Origin: Amoebophrya sp. A120
Lineage: Eukaryota > Protista > Dinoflagellata
Length of the DNA stretch: 64,000 bases
NCBI GenBank assembly: GCA_905178155.1
Contig: CAJINV010000007.1
Span: 163,004 to 227,003 of the forward strand
Direction: 5' to 3'
The translations under genes were made by a program, and so were the position numbers. The notes under the pieces were generated by a model. It was not told the origin of the DNA and ran no database searches. It worked only from the letters and a program-made list of their open reading frames with translations. Below are positions 24,201 through 34,607 of the stretch, piece after piece; the stretch's first letter is position 1; every line of letters starts with the position of its first letter.

Positions 24201-24654
24201 GCATACCTGGGTCGTTGTTGTACACGTGGACATGCGTGCGGGAGTCACTGAAGGAAGAGTTGGAATTGTTCAACAAAATCTGCGGATCGTGGCGGTGCCT
24301 CGTCGTCTGTTGATTCTGCGTTTTCATAGTACTCATCGGGTTCGGAATCCTAGACGTCGAACTAGAAGCAGCGCTGCTTCCCGTAATCAGGACGGGGGAA
24401 ACGTGCTGGGTCGTAGTTCTGGTGGAAATATTACCGCCCCCGGCTTGCTGCCTAGGACTTGGCCCATGCAGGACAACAACCGCGGGATTCGTGCCGACCG
24501 CGGGTTGTGGTGCAGACCTTTCGGTTGGCGCGAAGGGGGTGTTGAATGCGGCAGATGAAGTTGTAGATGAGCCGTTCGGTGTTCGTTCCACCTGCTGCTG
24601 CTGCTGCACGGCGGCACCCCGCGCGTGCGCGGGAGAGAGTGCCTGTTCAGGCAT
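232..24654 (-). CDS. Giant E/Q/K-rich coiled-coil protein, >1,700 aa, 27 introns in window, 3' end runs off the window start
   Basis: ATG at 24654 (MPEQALSPAHARG). Exons lie between the listed introners and join in frame after removing the element plus one TSD, e.g. LREV|LEKQ, DDKTH|LLDLE, ELERDR|LNAEL, IPLKH|GVVRN. Heptad-like E/Q/K/L composition; no recognisable enzyme motif. Confidence 0.85.
498..656. mobile_element. Introner family B
   Basis: TATccagtgcaaaagtatcg / cgatacttttgcaatgcATA; TSD gttct. Confidence 0.9.
863..1098. mobile_element. Introner family C
   Basis: TATggcgttctcaaacgttaca / tgtaacgtttgagaatcccATA; TSD ctcgt. Confidence 0.9.
1141..1413. mobile_element. Introner family A, decayed TIRs, canonical GT-AG possible (1138-1415)
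   Basis: TSD acctg/acctc; minus strand GAG|GTTATG...ATACAG|GTG. Confidence 0.85.
1914..2192. mobile_element. Introner family D
   Basis: TATcctgagcaaaaacgaccccac / gtggggacgtttctactcacgATA; TSD tgcgt; no AG acceptor in any register. Confidence 0.9.
2254..2498. mobile_element. Introner family A
   Basis: tgtctgggtctggaa / ttccagacccagaca TIR; TSD agtca. Confidence 0.9.
4023..10286 (-). pseudogene. Retrotransposon pol ORF (APE + RT, possible degenerate RNase H), interrupted by one in-frame TAA at 9261-9263
   Basis: APE motifs YWNVNG, SETK, ITGDLN, SKIDF, ADH; RT motifs GLDASNFY, IQGS, QFVDD. ORFs 9261..10286 and 4023..9209 are in the same frame and the 17 codons between them are open. Confidence 0.8.
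10617..11771 (-). CDS. Retrotransposon upstream ORF, K/R/E-rich, 384 aa
   Basis: Long ORF co-oriented with pol, same purine bias, no recognised domain. Confidence 0.55.
   Translation of the reverse strand: MKIRSRPLVGKMGEGKGKHGNIEELTRWRKSATAGESKDEDAERARQDKEGGKGKGKGKEMNEGKTRKTVGQMLRERIKNPPRILFKADPTMELRSLIKAKKIKKSKRSKKIATKPRGATAIAEEKDSKWLKRIPLQDEGGKGLTWEERRKRATKLRVRTTALMIRLNRKKATETEETNREFESCPVRLGKREKGIVKLPPMGRKQWKIHIGDYRRRWAKKRKEKGLEIPKAKKEERREQNDGHTEHKKAMQSREAYEEWQGKAMALAETKSWSAGALYLVSYDQRLEHDRKVQEEQAARAQQKRKESLAEMSEEEKTEREKKEMKYRETANENRRRKKEEMRKIETKEEEEERKRIGREKMANWRARKKKEREQLDDKTRETA
12075..13287 (-). CDS. Retrotransposon 5' ORF, G/Q/E-rich, probably 5'-truncated
   Basis: The first ~12 codons of track ORF 12075..13325 come from the host introner; the rest lies inside the insertion. 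Confidence 0.55.
13522..15523. mobile_element. Degenerate introner-type intron carrying a satellite
   Basis: TAT...ATA ends with a weak TIR (ttct..gcaccaagt / acttggcacaagaa); TSD lost; removing element + 5 nt gives in-frame EKKEQ. Confidence 0.6.
13682..15330. repeat. 133-bp tandem satellite, ~12.5 units, hairpin in each unit
   Basis: gaattcgagt recurs at 13991, 14124, 14257; central units look identical; GAATTCCTGACG-N14-CGTCAGGAATTC. Confidence 0.95.
15972..16231. mobile_element. Introner family A
   Basis: TIR; TSD gcgtc. Confidence 0.9.
16279..16576. mobile_element. Introner family D
   Basis: TIR; TSD gctgc. Confidence 0.9.
16682..16946. mobile_element. Introner family A
   Basis: Perfect ~30-bp TIR; TSD cttca. 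Confidence 0.92.
17152..17404. mobile_element. Introner family A
   Basis: TIR; TSD cctgc. Confidence 0.9.
17442..17640 (-). other. Half-deleted family A introner with canonical GT-AG boundaries
   Basis: Only one decayed TIR arm left; AAG|GTATAC...AATCAG|GCC joins in frame (WERKK|ADLDLE). Confidence 0.7.
17825..18095. mobile_element. Introner family A (reverse internal orientation)
   Basis: TIR; TSD tgtct. Confidence 0.9.
18180..18432. mobile_element. Introner family A
   Basis: TIR; TSD tgtca. Confidence 0.9.
18513..18666. mobile_element. Introner family B, left TAT replaced by CGT
   Basis: 11-bp direct repeat ctgcgcgtcct at 18508 and 18667. Confidence 0.85.
18810..19072. mobile_element. 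Introner family A
   Basis: TIR; TSD catct. Confidence 0.9.
20486..20634. mobile_element. Introner family B
   Basis: TIR; TSD tgttc. Confidence 0.9.
20692..20980. mobile_element. Introner family D
   Basis: TIR; TSD cttct/cttgt. Confidence 0.85.
21061..21249. mobile_element. Introner family B, degenerate
   Basis: Decayed TIR; TSD tgctc/tgtcc; frame restored. Confidence 0.75.
21293..21587. mobile_element. Introner family D
   Basis: TIR; TSD agcac/aacat. Confidence 0.85.
21655..21919. mobile_element. Introner family A
   Basis: TIR; TSD tagtt. Confidence 0.9.
21999..22207. mobile_element. Introner family E
   Basis: TATccaagaaaaaaactgtgt / acacagtttttttcttgcATA; TSD ccgct. Confidence 0.9.
22278..23186. 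mobile_element. Introner family B carrying a 758-bp insertion
   Basis: TIR; TSD tgctc. Confidence 0.88.
22398..23155. mobile_element. CCTCTC-rich non-autonomous element, copy 2
   Basis: Ends ACTATCTATTATATTCATGCG...CATGGCTGGT; homologous to the reverse complement of 32461-33307. Confidence 0.85.
23296..23444. mobile_element. Introner family B
   Basis: TIR; TSD gcaga; very similar to 34275-34423. Confidence 0.9.
23490..23756. mobile_element. Introner family A
   Basis: TIR; TSD tgctt. Confidence 0.85.
24056..24205. mobile_element. Introner family B
   Basis: TIR; TSD ccggg/cctgg. Confidence 0.88.
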
Positions 24655-25950
24655 AGTGGCCACCTAGTCTTCTTGTTCCTTCGGCTTTTGATGTCTATTA
24701 CCAAGACTTGGCCTGGTTCATCTTATTCTGTCGCTGCACCACTTTTCGTGAAGATCATATCCAAATAAAACTTCACCGTTTCATCTTCTGATTCGTCGAA
24801 GATAAGAAGCCGAGGTCAAAGCGGCTCGGACACCTAGCCCTCGTCATGGTGCGTTCGTCGAGCAGCTAACGCTAACAAGTGGCCAGCTTTCACAAATTAT
24901 ACCTTGCAACTACCGGCTAGAGAAATAGTTGTGATTCATGGTGGAGGTGGTCTTTTGGCATATTGGCGAAGAAAGACATCAACACGAACTGTTATAATAA
25001 GTACTGTTCTCGGTTCTGCTCCGAGCAGCTTGCTTTGCAAAAAGCCCTCGTGCTGCAGTCGAGAGCTGCTCCTAGTGCACAACTTCCGATCGAAATCGAT
25101 CTGGTGAGGAGCGGTACGAGTACGAGATATAACGTTTGCCTAAAAAGGAAATGTAAAACTTTTGAGTGGGGCGGCGAACCTCCTTCTTCATCGACCGAGG
25201 TCGAAAGTTAATTGTTCACAGAACAATCACAATCAAGAACAAAACGACGACACCAGGAGTAGACCTAGACATCGAGCACAAATAACGTAAACGAAAAAAT
25301 AAAATCTACGCACCATAATTTCTTGTGACTTTTTTTGCGTATTTTAATTAATTTTGATTTTGTTCTCTCGAAAACCAACGAACGAAATTTGTGCGACGAA
25401 ACCGCAGGAAGTAGGCAACTTTGAAACGTCACAGACACAGTCTGTGCTGTTCTCTCGCGAAATAATTCGAAGAGGATGTCGAAAAGCTGAACAGCGAGAA
25501 CTCTGCCGGAAAGTAAGAGGAAAATCATGGTTGCAGCGATGCTGGTACGGCGTGAACGGCCGTGTCTTTCTGTGAGTTAGCTTTTGTACGTATACAGAAT
25601 CCAAATAACGGACTCCTGTGCTGTTCTTCGCGCGTTCTCTTTTTATCGTAGGACAAAGAGTGCGGGTAATAGCTTTTTACGCCTCTCTTTCTAAGAGCTG
25701 CTTGCAGTAAAGAATGCCTCGTGTAAGTAGCTCTCTTGCATGCCGATCGGTGCGCCGGCCATGGGGTAGTGCTAGCGGTAAAATCTAAATCAGAATTCAC
25801 TGATACATAATGTACAAACGGGGGCAGAATGCATTAGGCCCTGCGAAGATTGATGCAGTACTGATGAAGTGCAGAAGTAGATACTTTTTACAACAGTGGC
25901 GCATGTATTCAACCGCGCCTCTTCATGCAAGGCTCTTATTTAGCTTTAAC

Positions 25951-27282
25951 TCACTGTTTCTTTCTTATGCCCCTCTTACTTTTGGTCGTGCCGCTGCCTC
26001 CCGGGGGTACTACAGGATCGGGAGGTATATTTTTCGACGCCGCGGGGTCAATTCCCTCGGGTAGAACCTTCCCTGGTGAAAATGCGCTCGTCCTTGTACT
26101 TCCATCAGTGGAAAAATTATGAAGATTATGCCCGCTTGCGCTTGGTAGAGCAGGTGATAGTGATTTTATTCCCACAGCGCCACCGACCTCCGTGTCATTG
26201 TCGTTCCTAAAAAAGAACTCGGACTTTTCAGCGTCTCTTTCCTTCATCTGTGTGTTTTGCTTCTGTTCTTCTGGCGTCTGAGTTATGCTTTCCGTCGTGG
26301 GCGGGGGCGTTGCGATAATGACTCGTTCTACTATAGGAGCAGTGGTTCCTACTTTTGCAGCCGCCTCTGGTGTTGTTCCACTGCTAGTACCGTCAAGATC
26401 TTGATGACCTGGAGCTGCTGGCGAGGGGGGCGCACGAGAAACTGTTAAAGGTGGATCCGCAGTACCTCCTCCCGCGCTCTTGCCCGACTGCTGGCCCACA
26501 GCGACCCGGGGCGTCACGAGTGACATTTTTTTCGGTACAACAACGGTGGAAGATGTTGCTCTATTGTTCGCCCCATAGCTGCTGGAAACAGCTCCACCAC
26601 CACCACCTCCCGTCAGATCCATCACGAGCACTCCTTGCTGCGACCTATACCCATGTTCCCGCAGTAGCTTTTGTCTTCCCTCGAGTTGCCTTTCCAAGCT
26701 CTCGATCGCGTTTATCATCTTCTTGTCGTGCGACCTCGACGCACCAGGTGTTGCTGTGCCTTTCATCTCCTGCTGATCCGCTATCTTTCCCTCCGACGTC
26801 CTGCTCTCAAAGTACTCCTCTGCACGGCCTGCTCTTGCGAAGACATTTAGTACTCTTTCCTTCTCCCGCAGCTCCGCCAACACCCGGATTTTTCTCGCCG
26901 CGTGCGCCTTCTGCTCGTTTTCGTTCCAATTGTAAACCGCGAGGTTGTAGTAGTCGTCTGCGATTCGGACATCGTAGTAGTATTCCTCTTCCATCGCCTC
27001 TAAGAAGGAGTTTCGGTACACGTGCAGCGGGTGGAGCGGAGAATTGTCTTTTTCCTCCTTGTATCCTGTGCAAAAGTAATATCGCACTCGTAGCAATTGC
27101 AGTCATGCAAGACAAATTCCTTGTCTTTTTCAAGCTCTTAACTCAGCATGACGAATTCCATTTGGCATGCTGAGCTAATTTGTATTGCAGGACCACGAAT
27201 ACGATAGCGATACTTTTCCAATGCATATCTTGCACAGACCGCACCAACCGAGCCCGGCGAAGGAGAAGTAGGCGAGGGACAT
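25951..27282 (-). CDS. Hypothetical protein with N-terminal WCGLC motif, coiled coil and low-complexity tail (2 exons)
   Basis: ATG 27282 MSLAYFSFAGLGWCGLCK joins ORF 25951..27096 in frame across the introner. Confidence 0.75.
27062..27227. mobile_element. Introner family B
   Basis: TIR; TSD ccttg/tcttg. Confidence 0.8.
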
Positions 27283-28823
27283 GATGGTGGGCCGCGGGTA
27301 CTAGAATTAAACTGACTTCCAAACAGACAGGGGAAAAGCTACAGCTACGTCACAGCGAGAAGCAGTGGCAGATGTTGAACCACTTCTGCAAACACCAAAC
27401 AAGATATCATCATGACCCCAAGGCTTACCCTCGGAGGCGAGGCTTTCTTTACGAGTGCCAGTGAAGACATAGCAACACCACGTCTAGCATGATAATAATT
27501 ACTCGCGACTAGAAGTGAAGAAAAATCTTCGATACTCCGTCGTAGGCGAGAATGGCATGTCTAAAATGTGGTCTTTATAATTACAGCTGTGTGAAGTTCT
27601 GCAAAAAGAGCGGAATTCCAACATTTATGCAAGAATAGAAGATTTCATCTGAATACGAGATGAATATAGATCTGGTTCCATGAGGGAGGTTCTGCGAACG
27701 ACAGTGTTGGAAGAGCATTTATATCAAAATGACATATAGTGTACTGATTTGATTAGTACTGTCGTGTCCCATACAGTACGAGTACGACGTTTTTGGTAGA
27801 CCGCGGGCGGTAAGTTCATCTCGGTACACACTACATAATGACCGATATCTATGCCAAGAACCGAAAAGTAAATCAAAAACGGAGCATCGACGCGTCTCTT
27901 TTCCATGGGTATGACTATGAGTACTGGTCGCACCTTAAATTCATGAGCTCGACCGATTTTGTTTTTCCGTGCGATGAATGCAACGGCACGATACCTCCAC
28001 GAGGGGTAACTTGGTCAATGTTTTCCCGAAATGCGAGTAAGTACCCGTTGGCATGGTGCTCCAGGTGAGTTAATTTGCTACCTGGACACCTAGTGCTTGC
28101 GTTTCTTGAGTTTGCCTTTTTGCTTTCTGGATTGAATCTAAAAAATTCCGCCTGATGTGTGACGCACTGGTTTTTGGGAATGATTTTTCTGAAAAACGCA
28201 TGCTTGTTGGGAAATGATATGGTGCTGTAATCATATGTGACGGACTTTTTTATTTTCTTAATCTGCTCATGCTAGAAATCAATGATTTGGTCCGTGCGAT
28301 TTCTCTGTATCATAGTGAGAATGGGAAGTCCAAGAGGACCGTGTCTTCGAAAAATAAAAAAGAATGAGTAGCGACAAAGCGCTAGAAAACACAAACAGCT
28401 TCTTATTGCGTACACGTACAACTACAATGGCAACAGTTCCGACCTGAAAAGTACTATCGTAGTCCATCGCCACATGGCAAAAAAATCAAGATGAGGTGTG
28501 GAAAAATCACCTAAGCTTTATAATTGGACTAGAGGCTGTATGGAAACTGGTATATCAGTCTGACGCATTTCTTCGGAAATATGACGTAGCCTCTCACATA
28601 TGCTTTGCAAAAGTGTTGGAAACCCAAACCGGATTCTTCCACACTATCTTCTACCTGTGAGAGTTGGCCGTCCCACGCAAGTAGATCTTCACAAGTTCGA
28701 AAAATAGCTTCGGTTTATCTTTATCTATGGGTACTGGAAAACAAATATAAATGAGAAAAGGAAATAATTTATTATGTCCTTCATGATCATGCTCAGGCGG
28801 TACTGCGAATAGGCGCCTTTTCA

Positions 28824-31318
28824 TTACATAATAGCCAGCAACTCCGCTTTACATTCTAACATTTTCTCAATTCTGCGCATCGCGTCCGCGCGTTGTTCCG
28901 CCCTGTGCGTGTCCTCCTCCGCGCACTTGCAGAGATCCGCGTTTTGCGTCACGATGTTGTCTTTGATCCACTGCGCGCGCTTTTTCAGCACCTCGTTGAC
29001 CACCTCCTTCATGATATTGTCGGTGAAGGTTTTGCATTCGGTTTTGAACAAGGCCTTGACCACCTTTTCGACTTCCACTTTCTGACGCTCGTGCAGATCC
29101 ATGGCCTTGTAGCGCTTCACCGCAATCTCTCGTGCTTTAGCCAAGCTTTCTCTGATCTCCCCGTCGGGGAGCCTACGGTCCAAAAAACGAGCTTGTTCCT
29201 TCACCAGAACAGCAACAGCCTCCTGAATAAAATCATCTGGGCAGATGGTCTGTTCGTAAACACTGTCCCCGAAGTAGTGATTCACAGTGCCAAAGTCGAC
29301 CTCCCGCTGTAGACGCTCCGCGAATTTCGCCTGTACGGAAGGGAACGTCTCCTTCTCGCAATGCTGCTGCCAGAGGTCACTGACGCGGCGAACCAAAGGC
29401 TGGGGAAACGTAGCGCTGCACTAAATTTCCGATGTTGCCAGGCACTTGTCGAGGTTCAGGGCGGATTTCACGCAGTACTTCTCGAGCGTCCCGCGAAACT
29501 TACCCAACAAGGGCGCCCACCATATATCGACGATTTCGCGCATGCATTTTTTGACGGCCTCCTCCCCCTGAAACTGCGGTGGGTGAAAGGCGTTCTTCTT
29601 GTACTTAGAATCGGTCCACTGTTTCGTGATGTTCTCCTCCGTTTCCGTAATCCCTTGCACGAACCGCTCCAGCTCCTCGGTAATTCGCTCTTCGACATCG
29701 CATTGCGCGCCGGCCAATACCTTCTGGGCCTCGCGGACCACCGCGTCGACCGACGCCGGCTGCTCCCCAACGCGAGCGAGGTCCTTGCGTGCCTTGAGAA
29801 GTTTCTCTTCCACCTGCTGCATCACTCCAGGGACGTTCTTGCGAATCAACTGTGCGTAGATAGGCGGCAGGCGCTCCTTCAATGCGTCAATACCCGCTCG
29901 CGCCTCTGGGAGACCAAGGTCGCTCAGGAGCTCGGTGCGCTCCTGGTCTCGGTCATACGTTTTTCCCCCGGGCGCGCAAATCACGGCGTGTGGGCCGAGC
30001 AGGGTGCTGGTAAGCATATCAGACTGTTCATCTTCAAAATCTCCATCGGAAGTATCCTCTTCAACTTCATCATTATCATCATCATCATCCTCCTCCCCAT
30101 TCTCATCTGATTCAGATTCTGAGTCTTCGTCACTATCACTTCTCCCGAAGGATTGCAAACCTTCCCGCACCAGCTCCACCGCTCGCACCTTCGTCTCTTC
30201 GGAATCGAAAGTGTCAAACTTGGTCAGCACCCGCATGGTGCGCACGCCTTTCGGATCGTGCTCTTTCGCGATCCCAATAGCCGACGCCAGCTCCGCATCT
30301 TGTTTCGCCTCGGACACCAGTAAGATTAAAGTCTGCGGCTCCTTGATGTACTTATTGATCATGTTGCGCACCTCGCTCGCGCCCTCCCCTTGGTTGATGA
30401 TTCCCGGCAGGTCGATCACGATGAGGTCCAACACGTCCGGGCCGGAAACGCGCACAAAAATCTCGTCCGTGCAAACCTTTTGCTTCAGCGCGTCCTGTTG
30501 GGGATTTAGGGGAGGATCGAATAGGGAGACAAGGGTGTAAAAACAAGAGAGGCTATACAGGGTCTTAAACGTCCGTCAGCCGCGACCGAACTTAAGTACA
30601 AAAACGCCAGGATCGGTAGTAAGTCACAAAATTAAAAAATCGTGTACCAGTGCGGTTTGTTGTTTTTCCAGAATTTTTTCCGCCAGCTCCGCGATGTCAC
30701 ATTTCACGTAGTCCTTGTTAGCGGTTTTGATTTCGAACACGCGCGCGCCATCCCCCGTGGGGTCCTTTTTGCAACACTCGACCACAATCGGCGCCTTCGT
30801 GCAAATACCGGCCGCGGTTGGAAAGGTGACCCCCGTATCAAATGCAAAAGTGTCTGGGTCTGGAAGATTCTGAGACTTGTCATGCAAGTTTTACACGAGC
30901 CATGATGTCCGTGATGCATGCCCTAGCATCACAGATTTTTTGAGGGCTTCTTGATGCCTATTTTGCATGACAAATGCCCTCTCCTCGTAGCCCAAACTGG
31001 AGTCCTCTTGCTGGTCACGCAATACAGTTTTTTTTTTGAATCCAGAGACAGCATCACAAATTTCAAATCTTCCAGACCCAGACATTTTTGCATTTGATAC
31101 CCCGTGATCAGGGACAACACCGAACTCTTCCCGGAGCTTTGGTCTCCGACAACGCAGATCTGCGGCAGACGCAAATCTCCGCCCGCGATCCCGCGGATCT
31201 TTTGCAGCGCGGCCAGCTGCTTGGTATACGTCTCGTGGGCGTTGGTTGTAATGCCGTCATACGAGACCACAGGGGCTTCTCCCGTAGTTGCACTAGCACG
31301 GTTTGGTGGGGAGACCAT
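28824..31318 (-). CDS. Dynamin-superfamily (Mx/DRP-like) GTPase with in-frame TAG at 29421-29423
   Basis: G1 LPQICVVGDQSSGKSS, G2 GICTKAP, G3 IDLPG, G4 LTKFD, then a helical stalk; 3 exons; ORFs 29421..30455 and 28824..29396 are in the same frame. Confidence 0.88.
30495..30647 (-). other. Canonical GT-AG intron, no introner features
   Basis: CTG|GTACAC...CCCAACAG|GAC, in frame (QQTAL|DALKQ). Confidence 0.8.
30836..31099. mobile_element. Introner family A
   Basis: TIR; TSD ccccg; splits LITG|VTFP. Confidence 0.92.
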
Positions 31319-32460
31319 TTTGTGACAAAACGCTAGGTGTAGGTACGGAAATCGAAATGGGAAAAAATGAAAATGATAAAATGCGCGACGCACCTAATAT
31401 ACAGAATCCAATGTACAAATAACAATTCAACTTTTTGATAGATACGCAAAATTAGACGCTAAAAAAGACCGTGGTAAAGCCTTTGGAAAATAAAGTAAAA
31501 GCGAGGAAATAGAAGGTCAATGTGGATTTTGACGAAGCCACACGCCTTCAAAAATTATGCCTGATGGTGATGTAGCGATCTGATGAAAAACTCCAGACCG
31601 TTCATACATCCAAGAGGATCCAGTTCAACATTGGTTCCTGATCAGTGATCAGGAATGGTCTAGAATTGATCTTCCAGCGCCGGATCTGGCCTTGCGCTGG
31701 GTCACAACATTCGGCTAGTCATATTTTTGCTGGGCCGCTCTTTACCGCTGAGCACGGCCGTTCAAGTTCTGGTGAAATGCATGCTCGTCCGTCGTGCTCT
31801 TTTGCACCCGACAAGTTTGATCCAACAACATGATGTTGAAAGACGAACATATACAAGTGGCCAGACACAATGTGTTGACCAAGACCCGAATTCAGCTGCG
31901 CATCTAGAAGATGATCCTCTGCAATAAAAGTTAGTGGTGGGGACAGTACCATCTTCCAGGTCATGCTCATGCAGGGAGAAAGTCCCTTGCAGCAAAATTC
32001 AATGATCGAATAAACTCATGCGAGGGTAGGAATTCTCAAGAAGTGAATGTGTGTGTGAAAGTAACGCAATACTACTTTTCATCTGGGAAGTACGTCGAGT
32101 GTAAGAAGTCATCGCAAAAACTTTTGCAAAGTACAATATGATTATTTCACAACGTAGCAGAAAATGCGAAAATCACGATACCACATCCTCACAAATACAT
32201 ACATCAATTTGGTTACAGGTAGTGGCGCATCTGATATCGAACATATACTGGAAATCACAACATTCACTTCAAGCAGTAGAGTGTGACTGACGAAAATAAC
32301 CGGGAGAACTCCCGTGAGTGTGACTGACGAAAAGTCGATAGCTTACTACGATATCAAGTGGAAGGAAGGGATCTGGAATATTTGTCGTCGGTAAACTGAA
32401 ATAGCTTAGGCAACCAACTTGTTCGTTTCGTCCTGAACGAATAATATACCCGTAATAAAT

Positions 32461-33307
32461 ACCAGCCATGCTCCGGCTGCCGCCGGAGCGCAAGGCTGTT
32501 GGGCCGGGGCAATACTGTTTGCCGATTGGACCACAACACCGAGGGCCTGCGCATAGCGAAACATACGGGAGGCCTGCCGCCTGTTTGCGTTGCGCCAACC
32601 CGCAGGACCGCTTGCGCGCTTCCCGCGCCTGTGGGCGCTCTGCGCAAGGAGCAGCTGCAAAGAGCAACGGGGGCGAACAGAAGCAAGCCGCTCGTCGCAA
32701 GAGGGTAGAGCGAGAGGGTGGCGCGGGAGGGTAGCGCGAGAGGGTTGCGCGAGAGGGTGGCGCAAGAGGGTGGCGCGAGAGGGTAGCGCGAGAGGGTGGC
32801 ACGGAAAGAGACCGAGCCAAACAAGTCCGCAAATGGCCTGCAGTGCGCAATATGGGCAGCACCATGCGGATTCGCGCCCATTTCTTTCTGTTTTTACCCT
32901 CTCGCAGACCTCTCGCAGACCCTCTTCTTGACCTCTTTTGGGGGTCCCCACTAATAATCCGGCTATACTCGCGGGTAGAGGTCGACAGAGGTGGCCGAGA
33001 GGTGGCCAAGGGGGTCCGCGAAAGGTCTCCCCTTATTCGCGCAACCTCTCGGCACCTCTGTCCACCTCTCGCGTGCCCTCTTTTCTACCTCTCTTCACCC
33101 TCCGAGGCCCTTAGCGGCCCCAAAGGGCGACCCCTTCGGCGGGCTATACTCGCGCCACCTCTCGGCCACCCTCCCGAATGACCTCCCGCGCCACCTCTCC
33201 ACCACTGTCGACCTCTTTTTTACCTCTTTTGACCTCTTTTTGACCTCCCTGTCACCTCTCGTCTACCCTCTCTAAACCAGTATTTTCGCATGAATATAAT
33301 AGATAGT
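32461..33307. mobile_element. CCTCTC-rich non-autonomous element, copy 3 (free-standing)
   Basis: ACCAGCCATG...GAATATAATAGATAGT, AAT on both sides; internal ~13-bp tandem GAGGGTRGCGCGA and a foldback. Confidence 0.85.
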
Positions 33308-33325
33308 AATGATCAATCGGTGTCT

Positions 33326-34607
33326 TCACGCCTTCCCCTTCTTTTTCTTCCCTCCACTCGCGCGGGCCATGAACTTCGCAGCCGCGGCGTTTGCTTTCTG
33401 GCTCCCCCGGGCCGCTTTCGCAAGGTCATCGAGGCTGGCGCCCTTGTGTGCATTGCAAACATGTCTGGGTCTGGAACATCGCGGAACTTGTCATGCTTGG
33501 CTGGGAAGAGAGAAAAGTCTGTCATGCGTGTTGAGCTAGTGGAGCGCAAAAAATTGGTGTCTCCACCCATGTGAAACTCGTGCGATTTTTTGTCATGCCG
33601 TTTTTCCACACGCTAAACGTAGGGTCACCGAGATGATGCTCACTTGTTACGCAAGCGCCCGTGGTAGTCGTGGAGAACGAGGTTGCTTAGCTTATCATCC
33701 GCGCATAAGTAACCGTCACGACTTTCCCGAACCAGACTACACATTTGCAACAATGCATAAACTGGAAGGCGAAGTAGCAGCGTTTTGGTCCCCTCCTTCC
33801 GAGGCGGCGACTGCGCTCGCCTTCTCCAAAGCAGAAGTTGTATCTGCCGTAGTAGTGGAAACATTGTCGCTTAACGAACTAGTAGGTCCACCGCCTCCAG
33901 GGTTACTAGTTGTAGTGCCCGCGACGGCGCCCTTCGGAGAGTTATCACATGCAAAAATGTCTGGGTCTGGAAGGATGCAAGGTTTGTGTTTGTCATGCAC
34001 ACTTTGCATGACTCCTGACGTATGTGATGCATACCCTAGCATCACAGATTTTGTGAGGGCTTCCTGATGCTTATTCCGCATGAGAAATGCCCTCTCGCCG
34101 TTGCAAAAACTGGACCTCTTTTGCTGGAAATGCAATACAGATTTTTGTAGTATCCAAATGCAGCATCACAAGTTGCAACCTTGCAGACCCAGACACATTT
34201 GCATTTGATAAGAGCCTGGCGGCGTCGATTTCAGCTCTGGCGGATTCGTCTTTAGCTCGTGCACCATTCGCGTCTATGCATTGCAAAAGTATCGTACTCG
34301 TATAAATGCAATACAAATTTCCTCAGCATAAGAAATGAAATTTGTCATGCTAATTGACCTTAGGAAAAAGATTTGTATTGCATAACTGCAGTTACTACGA
34401 GTACGATGCTTTTGCACAGGATAGCGTTTTGGAATTGGCAACGATGGTCTGCTCGTGCTTGTCTGCGGGAATGTAAACGGGCCTTTCCATCGCTTCAGGG
34501 TAGCCTTCGTTTCCTTTCGTGGCGGAGTCTTTGTAAACTTGCATGGCATTCTTCTTGCTCTCGTCGGACTCCTTGTCCTCACAGAGACCGCAACAGCCGC
34601 CAAACAT
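33326..34607 (-). CDS. Small hypothetical protein, MFGGCCGLC N-terminus, polybasic C-terminus (4 exons)
   Basis: Joins ANSKT|RMVHE and TPPGS|PKGAV in frame; last exon GASLDDLAK...GKKKKGKA* (last junction less certain). Confidence 0.7.
33447..33759. mobile_element. Introner family A, degenerate
   Basis: Left end TGT instead of TAT; TSD decayed. Confidence 0.7.
33943..34210. mobile_element. Introner family A
   Basis: TIR; TSD agagt/agagc. Confidence 0.9.
34275..34423. mobile_element. Introner family B
   Basis: TIR; TSD gcgtc/gcgtt. Confidence 0.9.

Noticed and set aside
9261-29423. Reassigned stop codons (reported for one Amoebophrya strain) explaining the in-frame TAA and TAG
   Set aside because: The very Gln-rich coiled-coil exons show no TAA/TAG and genes end at ordinary stops; two isolated cases do not indicate a code change.
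22412-33275. ORFs inside the CCTCTC-rich element as a transposase
   Set aside because: GC-rich repeats open in several frames, frames differ between copies, and no DDE, HUH or tyrosine-recombinase motif is visible.
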